Source of the DNA: Podarcis muralis
Taxonomy: Eukaryota
NCBI RefSeq assembly: GCF_964188315.1
Contig: NC_135657.1
Span: forward strand, 34,162,001 to 34,226,000
Length of the DNA: 64,000 nucleotides
Direction: 5' to 3'
Positions 60,701-64,000 of this stretch are shown here, piece by piece. Every line of letters starts with the position of its first letter. Position 1 is the first letter of the stretch. Under the pieces are notes generated by a model. That model made no database searches. It was given only the letters and a program-made list of their open reading frames with translations, and was not told the DNA's origin. The translations under genes were made by a program, and so were the position numbers.

Positions 60701-62464
60701 AAGCGGTCCCTATTTATCTACTTGCACTTTTTTGGTGTGCTTTCGAACTGCTAGGTTGGCAGGCGCTGGGACCGAGCAACGGGAGCGCACCCCACCGCGG
60801 GGATTCGAACCACCGACCATGTGATTGGCAAGTCCTAGGCACTGAGGTTTACCCACAGCGCCACCCGCGTCCCTACAGGGTCCCTAAGGGTGGCCTTAGA
60901 TGGTCATAAAAGGCATGAGACAAATATGTAGCATAGCCATTAGTCATGACAGCAAAATGGAACACCTGTGGCTCTGTGGATGAATTTAGACATCCAAGCA
61001 ACGTGTTGGGAAGGGAACATGTTGAGGAGTGATGTTTCATGTATGGATGGATGGATGGATGTAATAACAACAACAACACACTTCACCCTCAATGTCTCTT
61101 TTGCACTGCCCTGAACCTTTCTTCTAAGCATGTTTGGACAAACACTGTTGTAAGTCTCTACACCATCCAAAACTTTAATACCCAATCAGATGGGAAGGGG
61201 TATTAATAAATGATAGTAGTAGTAGTAGTGATGATAGTTTATGCAGGACTATTGCCACGCGGGTGGCGCTGTGGGTAAAAGCCTCAGCGCCTAGGGCTTG
61301 CCGATCGAAAGGTCGTCGGCTCGAATCCCCGCGGTGGGGTGTGCTCCCGTTACTCGGTCCCAGCGCCTGCCAACCTAGCAGTTCGAAAGCACCCCTGGGT
61401 GCAAGTAGATAAATAGGGACCGCTTACTGGCGGGAAGGTAAACAGCGTTTCTGTGTGCTGCGCTGGCTTGCCAGATGCAGCTTTGTCACGCTGGCCATGT
61501 GACCTGGAAGTGTCTCCGGACAGTGCTGGCCCCCGGCCTCTTAAGTGAGATGGGCGCACAACCCTAAAGTCTGTCAAGACTGACCCGTACGGGCAGGGGT
61601 ACCTTTACCTTTACTATTGATCTTGTGGAGGCTTCTAACTACATTCATCTGAACATGGTTTGAAGCCCCATTGCAGGCTTCCCAGAGGAACCTAGTGTGA
61701 GAACAGGATGGTTTTGTTAATGTTCTTTTATGTTTTATGTCTCCTCTTATGTTCTTAACATAAAAAAATATATGCTTAAAAGCAATATGAATTGTAGGTG
61801 TTGGGGTAAACAATGGGAGATGGCTGTCATCATAGCACCCTGTTTTAGCTTCCAGAGGCATCTGGATCTCCACTGTCAAAAGCATCAGTGAGATTCGGCA
61901 AAAGGCCACTGTGGAGGGAGGGGGAGGAGGGCTGCCCCTGCCTTTCACTCTGTTCTGTAAGTGCTCCCCCCCCCCAACTAAAGTAACTGCTTGGTTCCAT
62001 GAGCTGCCTGTGGTTTGGTGTCCGTTGGTTGCCTGTAAAAGAGTTCCAAGACACCTTTCTTTTCCCCATAAAAACTTGCACAAGGAGCCTTGCTTATTTG
62101 TTTAATGCATTCCAAGATCGTACGGAGCTGAATAATAATTAAGCTACACACACACACACACATATATAAAGTCACAGAGAATTTCGAAGCAACTAAGACC
62201 CTGGGAAATTATAAAACACACACTGTTAAGTCATGCACAGCAAATTACAGCGTTGGCTGTGAGAAGGCTTTCCCCGCCCCTCCTCCACCCCCATCAGTCT
62301 GGGATGCTGAATACAAAGAGGTTTAAGTCTGTCAAGCCTGCTGAACATTTCCTCGAGTTTGCTCCATAAATTATGAAAGAGCTTCACAAATGCACTAACC
62401 TTAGGGAAATGGGCACTTACTTGCTAATGTTGTGACTGTGCTTATGTTTTCATTTCCACCAACA
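1752..62464 (-). CDS. PLB1: Phospholipase B1, membrane-associated (partial gene; 36 coding exons in window, repeats 2-4; both ends outside window)
   Basis: 36 GT-AG exons with matching phases splice into a 2854-nt open frame. It contains SGNH motifs GDSLT (x2), GGND/GVHD/GGND and DCFH (x3), plus the PLB1 signatures [28 protein letters not shown] and ALWNNM repeated three times. Exon-size series 44/109/52/81/66/101/82/105/96/72 recurs between repeats. Confidence 0.97.
2725..2830 (+). mobile_element. Penelope-like relic with CTGATGA core
   Basis: gaagtgggct CTGATGA tggac tcta gtcta c agaa tcttatac ... gcgccacacgactcttcattgtttt. Confidence 0.55.
3247..3496 (+). mobile_element. Non-autonomous hAT (Charlie group, OC1/OposCharlie-like) MITE
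   Basis: Exact 8-bp TSD AATTAGAG; imperfect TIRs CAGGGATCAGCAAA / CATGGGTAGGCAAA; subterminal CACTGTC..CCCTCAGACC..GGGCCAGACTATA..TTCCTATGC recalled as OC1-like. Confidence 0.8.
3911..4009 (-). CDS. PLB1: PLB1 exon 35/36 (repeat 4)
   Basis: [33 protein letters not shown]; caaacag / gtgagt; 99 nt. Confidence 0.97.
4457..4702. mobile_element. Tc1/mariner (pogo-like) MITE, related family
   Basis: TA TSD; TIR CAGTCATACCTCTTGTT / CAGTGGTACCTCTGGTT; CpG-rich interior. Confidence 0.82.
5814..5857. repeat. (GT)n microsatellite
   Basis: Direct reading. Confidence 0.98.
6268..6349 (-). CDS. PLB1: PLB1 exon 34/36 (repeat 4)
   Basis: (A)[27 protein letters not shown]; ctttcag / gtaaag; 82 nt. Confidence 0.96.
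7647..7741 (-). CDS. PLB1: PLB1 exon 33/36 (repeat 4)
   Basis: [31 protein letters not shown](A); cctgcag / gtaagt; 95 nt. Confidence 0.97.
9560..9916 (+). mobile_element. Older L2 LINE 3' end
   Basis: [29 protein letters not shown]; UTR runs into the (GAAA)n tail. Confidence 0.7.
9941..10188 (-). mobile_element. Squam3-type tRNA SINE inserted in a (GAAA)n tract
   Basis: Reverse complement of 51426-51671; (GAAA)n on both sides. Confidence 0.8.
10188..10249. repeat. (GAAA)n microsatellite
   Basis: Direct reading; shorter tract at 9917-9940 on the other side of the SINE. Confidence 0.98.
10706..10771 (-). CDS. PLB1: PLB1 exon 32/36 (repeat 4)
   Basis: [22 protein letters not shown]; tcttcag / gtaaga; 66 nt. 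Confidence 0.96.
11808..11888 (-). CDS. PLB1: PLB1 exon 31/36 (repeat 4, block III GGND)
   Basis: [27 protein letters not shown]; tcaccag / gtatga; 81 nt. Confidence 0.97.
13221..13274. repeat. Compound (TG)n(AG)n microsatellite
   Basis: Direct reading. Confidence 0.98.
14210..14570 (-). mobile_element. Degraded L2 LINE fragment
   Basis: gcagggagttcca..., gttttaagcaggcaccaa and ttgaacatgggctggtagcaaataggcaaccagtg patterns of L2 ORF2 3' region. Confidence 0.55.
15678..15729 (-). CDS. PLB1: PLB1 exon 30/36 (repeat 4)
   Basis: (Q)[17 protein letters not shown]; tccacag / gtaagt; 52 nt. Confidence 0.96.
16603..16974 (+). mobile_element. L2 LINE 3' end
   Basis: Translates to [21 protein letters not shown]...[17 protein letters not shown]...[14 protein letters not shown] with stops; ends in gaagccgcccagagtggctggggaaacccagc and a microsatellite tail. 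Confidence 0.85.
16975..17053. repeat. Compound (GAT)n(TAT)n microsatellite (L2 tail)
   Basis: Direct reading. Confidence 0.98.
17985..18084 (-). CDS. PLB1: PLB1 exon 29/36 (repeat 4, block II)
   Basis: (N)[32 protein letters not shown](Q); ctgccag / gtaaga; 100 nt. Confidence 0.97.
19630..19673 (-). CDS. PLB1: PLB1 exon 28/36 (repeat 4)
   Basis: (S)[14 protein letters not shown](N); tttctag / gtgagt; 44 nt. Confidence 0.96.
20383..20739 (-). mobile_element. Sauria SINE, full length
   Basis: Same subfamily as 55804-56163; degenerate 11-bp flanking repeat ATGT(T/G)TGATAA. Confidence 0.9.
21295..21362 (-). CDS. PLB1: PLB1 exon 27/36 (repeat 4)
   Basis: [22 protein letters not shown](S); tttacag / gtacag; 68 nt. 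Confidence 0.95.
22087..22145 (-). CDS. PLB1: PLB1 exon 26/36 (repeat 4, block I GDSLT)
   Basis: (V)[19 protein letters not shown]; tatccag / gtaggt; 59 nt. Confidence 0.97.
22994..23054 (-). CDS. PLB1: PLB1 exon 25/36 (repeat 3/4 linker, part 2)
   Basis: [20 protein letters not shown](V); ctttaag / gtgaga; 61 nt. Confidence 0.94.
23553..23767 (-). mobile_element. Tc1-like DNA transposon terminal fragment
   Basis: TA plus CACTAGTGGCCAAAATTGTGGAAAC terminus on the minus strand and ggctataacttttgatag subterminal motif; other end not seen. Confidence 0.55.
24068..24145 (-). CDS. PLB1: PLB1 exon 24/36 (repeat 3/4 linker, part 1)
   Basis: [26 protein letters not shown]; cttttag / gtgatt; 78 nt. 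Confidence 0.93.
24946..25570 (+). mobile_element. 5'-truncated L1-clade LINE: ORF2 C-terminus plus 3' UTR
   Basis: Uninterrupted frame [15 protein letters not shown]...[22 protein letters not shown]...[12 protein letters not shown], typical of the L1 ORF2 Cys-rich end; followed by an A-rich tail and (AT)n. Confidence 0.85.
25572..25613. repeat. (AT)n microsatellite at the L1 tail
   Basis: Direct reading. Confidence 0.98.
25890..25961 (-). CDS. PLB1: PLB1 exon 23/36 (end of repeat 3)
   Basis: [24 protein letters not shown]; tttgcag / gtaaat; 72 nt. Confidence 0.95.
26834..26929 (-). CDS. PLB1: PLB1 exon 22/36 (repeat 3, block V DCFH)
   Basis: [32 protein letters not shown]; ttttcag / gtaggg; 96 nt. 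Confidence 0.97.
28123..28227 (-). CDS. PLB1: PLB1 exon 21/36 (repeat 3)
   Basis: [35 protein letters not shown]; tccacag / gtgtgt; 105 nt. Confidence 0.97.
28646..28727 (-). CDS. PLB1: PLB1 exon 20/36 (repeat 3)
   Basis: (V)[27 protein letters not shown]; tatgcag / gtatat; 82 nt. Confidence 0.96.
28977..29057. repeat. Compound (GATA)n/(GACA)n microsatellite
   Basis: Direct reading. Confidence 0.97.
29260..29345 (-). mobile_element. Penelope-like element pseudo-LTR relic with decayed hammerhead motif
   Basis: Minus strand GCATCCGATGAAGTGGACTGCAGTCCTCAAAACCCTTATTC...TTAGTCTTTAAGGT resembles the recalled reptile Penelope end. Confidence 0.65.
29914..30014 (-). CDS. PLB1: PLB1 exon 19/36 (repeat 3)
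   Basis: [33 protein letters not shown](V); ccaccag / gtaagc; 101 nt. Confidence 0.96.
30504..30895 (-). mobile_element. L2 LINE 3' end
   Basis: Minus-strand [14 protein letters not shown]-type motif, UTR and (TAA)n tail. Confidence 0.75.
30896..31095. mobile_element. Degraded hAT (Tip100-like) MITE
   Basis: Starts cagtggcatagc; G/C-run interior; right end decayed. Confidence 0.45.
31286..31630 (+). mobile_element. Sauria SINE, different subfamily
   Basis: Same head/tail plan with a different central block (ctctggttcaccagaagcggcttag); 12-bp TSD TATAGGAAGGGG. Confidence 0.9.
31875..31940 (-). CDS. PLB1: PLB1 exon 18/36 (repeat 3)
   Basis: [22 protein letters not shown]; gtatcag / gtaggt; 66 nt. 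Confidence 0.96.
32158..32195. repeat. (TTAA)n microsatellite (palindromic unit)
   Basis: Direct reading; adjoins an L2-like 3' end on the minus strand. Confidence 0.97.
33189..33269 (-). CDS. PLB1: PLB1 exon 17/36 (repeat 3, block III GVHD)
   Basis: [27 protein letters not shown]; tgcttag / gtgagt; 81 nt. Confidence 0.97.
33420..33471 (-). CDS. PLB1: PLB1 exon 16/36 (repeat 3)
   Basis: (E)[17 protein letters not shown]; ttcctag / gtaggt; 52 nt. Confidence 0.95.
34875..35131 (+). mobile_element. 5'-truncated Sauria SINE nested in a palindromic MITE
   Basis: Begins at aaagcac..gtgcaagtagataaataggtacc and ends in ACCTTT tail; flanking TTACAGT repeat; host MITE halves about 34790-34870 and 35132-35185. 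Confidence 0.8.
35480..35588 (-). CDS. PLB1: PLB1 exon 15/36 (repeat 3, block II)
   Basis: (N)[35 protein letters not shown](E); tctttcag / gtatgt; 109 nt. Confidence 0.97.
36151..36194 (-). CDS. PLB1: PLB1 exon 14/36 (repeat 3)
   Basis: (S)[14 protein letters not shown](N); attgcag / gtaagt; 44 nt. Confidence 0.96.
36206..36275. repeat. (GAAA)n microsatellite, about 17 units; reads (TTTC)n on the PLB1 strand just upstream of an acceptor
   Basis: Direct reading. Confidence 0.98.
36781..36854 (-). CDS. PLB1: PLB1 exon 13/36 (repeat 3)
   Basis: [24 protein letters not shown](S); gaggcag / gtaggt; 74 nt. Confidence 0.96.
37766..38153. mobile_element. hAT MITE (388 bp)
   Basis: TIR CAGGGCCAGATTTA / CAGTGCCAGATTTA (13/14); exact 8-bp TSD CTTGGAAC. 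Confidence 0.9.
38446..38504 (-). CDS. PLB1: PLB1 exon 12/36 (repeat 3, block I GDSLT)
   Basis: (V)[19 protein letters not shown]; ccttatag / gtaaga; 59 nt. Confidence 0.97.
40025..40300 (-). mobile_element. L1-clade 3' end fragment
   Basis: Minus strand reads ...[19 protein letters not shown] (L1-type W.PF..Y end), then UTR, AATAAA and A-rich tail. Confidence 0.6.
40323..40412 (-). mobile_element. 90-bp hAT mini-MITE, same family as 1230-1320, inverted
   Basis: TIR CATAGCTGTYAAC; exact 8-bp TSD GTCTGGTG. Confidence 0.88.
41054..41268. mobile_element. Tc1/mariner (pogo/Tigger-like) MITE
   Basis: TA TSD; TIR CAGTGGTA(C/T)CT; internal aacctga repeats. Confidence 0.88.
41322..41445 (-). CDS. 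PLB1: PLB1 exon 11/36 (repeat 2/3 linker, single 124-nt exon)
   Basis: [41 protein letters not shown](V); ttcatag / gtaaac; open throughout. Confidence 0.92.
42034..42105 (-). CDS. PLB1: PLB1 exon 10/36 (end of repeat 2)
   Basis: [24 protein letters not shown]; gatacag / gtaaag; 72 nt. Confidence 0.95.
43114..43287. mobile_element. hAT-Charlie type MITE
   Basis: TIR CAGTGGTTCTCAAA / CGGCGGTTCTCAAA; TSD TTCTAGCC/CTCTAGCC (7/8). Confidence 0.82.
43446..43698 (+). mobile_element. Short 5'-truncated retroposed insert (probably L1 3' end) with 17-bp TSD
   Basis: Exact TSD AATCATTGAAGTTCAGC at 43429-43445 and 43699-43715; ends in AATAAA plus a short A run. Confidence 0.75.
43814..43909 (-). CDS. 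PLB1: PLB1 exon 9/36 (repeat 2, block V DCFH)
   Basis: [32 protein letters not shown]; ttctttag / gtaaga; 96 nt. Confidence 0.97.
43965..44055 (-). mobile_element. Penelope-like relic
   Basis: Minus strand ...aaaagcttaacccaccacaaatgttagtctttgaggtactacaaggctcttc, same terminal motif. Confidence 0.55.
44202..44427. mobile_element. Tc1/mariner (pogo/Tigger-like) MITE, same family as 41054-41268
   Basis: TA TSD; TIR CAGTGGTACCT; colinear with the 41054 copy. Confidence 0.88.
44460..44530 (+). mobile_element. L2 extreme 3' end with (ATT)n tail
   Basis: gaaagccacccagagtggctggggaaacccagccagata matches 16920-16960. Confidence 0.75.
44530..44582. repeat. (ATT)n microsatellite
   Basis: Direct reading. 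Confidence 0.98.
45318..45422 (-). CDS. PLB1: PLB1 exon 8/36 (repeat 2)
   Basis: [35 protein letters not shown]; ttgctag / gtaaag; 105 nt. Confidence 0.97.
45646..45983 (-). mobile_element. Solo LTR of an LTR retrotransposon/ERV (338 bp), same orientation as PLB1
   Basis: TG...CA ends and exact 5-bp TSD GCTTG (45641-45645 and 45984-45988). On the minus strand, in order: three 40-bp CCAAT repeats, CACGTG, TATATAAAG, AATAAA. Superfamily cannot be assigned by eye. Confidence 0.9.
45683..45966 (-). promoter_or_regulatory. LTR U3/R signals: 3x40-bp CCAAT-box array, E-box, TATA box, AATAAA
   Basis: Repeat units start near 45853, 45893 and 45933 (ggaccaatcagactgYtgcatt...). TATA at 45736-45743 and AATAAA at 45683-45688 on the minus strand. 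Activity is not shown by sequence. Confidence 0.65.
47979..48060 (-). CDS. PLB1: PLB1 exon 7/36 (repeat 2)
   Basis: (R)[27 protein letters not shown]; tttctag / gtaagg; 82 nt. Confidence 0.96.
48125..48365 (+). mobile_element. CR1 LINE 3' end
   Basis: [24 protein letters not shown]; ends in cccttccaactc..ATTCTGTGATTCTA, the CR1 terminal octamer repeat. Confidence 0.85.
48640..48797. mobile_element. GC-ended hAT (Tip100-like) MITE containing (TAAA)n
   Basis: gggcatagccaagggggggc ... cctggctacgcccatg inverted ends; TSD only partial (GGAGG). Confidence 0.6.
49952..50052 (-). CDS. PLB1: PLB1 exon 6/36 (repeat 2)
   Basis: [33 protein letters not shown](R); ttggcag / gtaggg; 101 nt. Confidence 0.97.
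50804..50869 (-). CDS. PLB1: PLB1 exon 5/36 (repeat 2)
   Basis: [22 protein letters not shown]; actatag / gtatga; 66 nt. Confidence 0.96.
51426..51671 (+). mobile_element. Squam3-type (MIR/Ther1-derived) tRNA SINE
   Basis: A-box-like TGGTGTAGTGG, CORE-like gggtgaccttgggccagtcac and (CTT)n tail; near-identical reverse copy at 9941-10188; family name recalled. Confidence 0.8.
52929..53009 (-). CDS. PLB1: PLB1 exon 4/36 (repeat 2, block III GGND)
   Basis: [27 protein letters not shown]; aatgtag / gtaagt; 81 nt. Confidence 0.97.
53800..53861 (+). mobile_element. Sauria SINE 3' fragment
   Basis: gtgagatgagcaccgcaccccatagtcacctttgactggacttaaccatccaggggtcct matches the 3' part of the 34875 copy. 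Confidence 0.65.
55417..55468 (-). CDS. PLB1: PLB1 exon 3/36 (repeat 2)
   Basis: (E)[17 protein letters not shown]; atatttag / gtgagt; 52 nt. Confidence 0.95.
55804..56163 (+). mobile_element. Sauria SINE, full length, young
   Basis: tRNA-like head with A box TGGCGCTGTGG and B box GGTTCGAATCC; (ACCTTT)n tail; 10-bp TSD TCTTTCTGAG; CpG-rich. Confidence 0.92.
58080..58165 (+). mobile_element. CR1 3' UTR fragment
   Basis: ggatgctttagttgagattcctgcattgcag..ggattacatga..cccttccgactctacaattctat matches the 48290-48360 segment. Confidence 0.75.
60254..60362 (-). CDS. PLB1: PLB1 exon 2/36 (repeat 2, block II)
   Basis: (N)[35 protein letters not shown](E); tttttcag / gtaaga; 109 nt. Confidence 0.97.
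60515..60873 (-). mobile_element. Sauria SINE, full length
   Basis: Reverse-complement match to 55804-56163; 12-bp direct repeat AGGGTGGCCTTA at 60503-60514 and 60887-60898, with 13 extra nt at the SINE 5' end. Confidence 0.92.
61255..61612 (+). mobile_element. Sauria SINE, near full length
   Basis: Same subfamily sequence; 7-bp TSD ACTATTG; B box mutated to GGCTCGAATCC. Confidence 0.92.
62421..62464 (-). CDS. PLB1: PLB1 exon 1/36 in window (repeat 2)
   Basis: (S)[14 protein letters not shown](N); ttctgcag acceptor, gtaagt donor; 44 nt. Confidence 0.93.
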
Positions 62465-62686
62465 CTGCAGAATTGGGGGGGGGGGGAGAGTGTGCAGGGA
62501 GGGGAGGGAGGAGAAAGCAAACAAAAGTTAGAGAAGATTTGCTTGGAACAAGTCACAGAGTGCCCCCTGGTGATGTTTCCGATCCTCAGCTATTGCTTTC
62601 TTGAACTGCTGGTTTGAATGTTTGTTTTATTTATTTTACTTGTATCATGCATTGAAATGGGGCTCCCAATGGTATTCTATAAGGCA

Positions 62687-62740
<54 letters not shown>
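62687..62740. repeat. (ATCT)n microsatellite
   Basis: Direct reading. Confidence 0.98.
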
Positions 62741-63358
62741 GGCAGTAATCACCAGCTGCCTACCTCCTAAGTCTTTGTAATGCTTCCAGTCCATCCACAG
62801 GATCCTTCTCAAGACTATGGTTAATAACTCAGGTTGCAGAGCCTATGATATGGCAGAGGCTTTATTGCTAATGATATGCCCACACACTGCACTGTTGTCT
62901 TTGTTCATAGGTATTGTGGGGTTTTATAACAGCTCCACATGCCTGTGAAACTTGTGTTAACTATATAATGAGCAGAGTCCCTATGATAGTAAATGTCCTG
63001 GTTTTGCGGCCAGCCTAGAACAGCAAAATGCCAACAGGGGTATCAAGCAGCTAAAAAACAACAATGCATGGTTGATGTGCTGTGTTTTGATTTCCGTTAT
63101 AGACTTACAATTTAATAAATGGGGAGGGGGTAGTTTCCCTAGAGTGAGTTATAATTTGGCCTAAGAAGATTCCTCTTGAAGACTCTATGCATTAGTTTCA
63201 TTTATGTACATGCACCAGTAAGCAATCATCAAATATATCCATATATGCCGAGTCTGAATGCAATTGAAGTCAGAAGCTTTCACTGTAATAGTGACAAATG
63301 AGCAGGACTGTCCTTAGTCTGTCATTTCTGATTTTTGACTGTGTGACATCTATTAGTA

Positions 63359-63509
63359 TAGGGTTGCCATATTTCAAAAAGTAAAAACCAGGACACCCCG
63401 AAAGATCCAAGACAAAGCGCTGCCTTTCAGACCCCCCCCCCCCCGGAGGTCAATTCTGCCTTTGAAATCCCAGTAATGTCCGGAAAAATCCAGACATATA
63501 GCAAATCTA
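63359..63509. mobile_element. hAT MITE (151 bp)
   Basis: TIR TAGGGTTGCCATAT / TAGATTTGCTATAT; exact 8-bp TSD TATTAGTA. Confidence 0.85.
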
Positions 63510-64000
63510 TATTAGTATCTGTTACAAATGTTGGTGCCTACTGATTTAGCAGCAGTTAAAAGCAACACTAGGAGACTAAAATTATATATGCAGCAAAAAT
63601 AGCAAAGTAAAACACCGGCAAAAGAGAAAAATAATAACTCTTTACTACTCATTTAAAAGTCATCAGTAGAGGGACCTTATGCAATGATCTAGGGAAAGAG
63701 TTCATAGGCATGGGGCAACCACTGAAAAGGCCCTGTTTCTTGTGCTTGCCAGTCAAATATTCCTTGGTAGTAGGCAATGTATGCTACAGGCAAATTGAGC
63801 TAGCATGTTTAATAGAACCAGTAAATGGACTGTTACTTTCACCATTCACTGAAATGCCCCAGTTTTGTACAGGGAAGAAAGGAACTGCTATCTGCTTGTG
63901 ACTAATATTGTGTAAGAAGATAGAAAATAAATTATCTAGAGACACAAGGTTTCTCACGCGTATATCCTATTTCTAGTCGCCTCATCGCACTCCATTTGAA

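Noticed and set aside
1752-62464. Link to reptile venom phospholipase B
   Set aside because: Venom PLB belongs to the unrelated PLBD1-like Ntn-hydrolase family; this gene is the SGNH/GDSL-type PLB1
62465-64000. Expected upstream PLB1 exons (AGNGAG...YRGLSW and the repeat 2 GDSLT exon)
   Set aside because: Searched by eye on the minus strand and not found; they presumably lie beyond the window, so the repeat 2 catalytic Ser cannot be assessed

Overview
Vertebrate genomic DNA, almost certainly a squamate reptile and probably a lacertid lizard (inferred from the Sauria SINEs and Squam3-type SINEs). The whole window lies inside one minus-strand gene, PLB1 (membrane-associated phospholipase B1, an SGNH/GDSL lipase with four tandem repeats). 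I traced 36 consecutive coding exons by hand from 62464 down to 1752. All have GT-AG boundaries and compatible phases, and they join into one open frame of 2854 nt (951 complete codons). They cover most of repeat 2, all of repeat 3 and most of repeat 4. The 5' end (signal peptide, repeat 1, catalytic Ser exon of repeat 2) and the 3' end (transmembrane anchor) lie outside the window. The introns are filled with Sauria and Squam3-type SINEs, L1/L2/CR1 3' fragments, Penelope relics, hAT and Tc1/pogo MITEs (many with exact TSDs), one solo LTR and microsatellites. The ORFs in the supplied track are almost all spurious, apart from pieces overlapping PLB1 exons or LINE fragments. I found no convincing new biological system. 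The best leads are: (1) a sense-oriented solo LTR with promoter and poly(A) signals 223 nt upstream of a PLB1 exon; (2) three near-identical Sauria SINEs in competing inverted arrangement around one exon; (3) loss of both oxyanion-hole residues in repeat 3 while repeat 4 looks intact; (4) a fused linker exon containing a 15-nt GTGAG...CTGCAG intron-like relic and an in-frame internal donor; (5) decayed Penelope hammerhead-ribozyme motifs. No computation or database search was run. Family names and comparisons to human PLB1 are recalled and need confirming.
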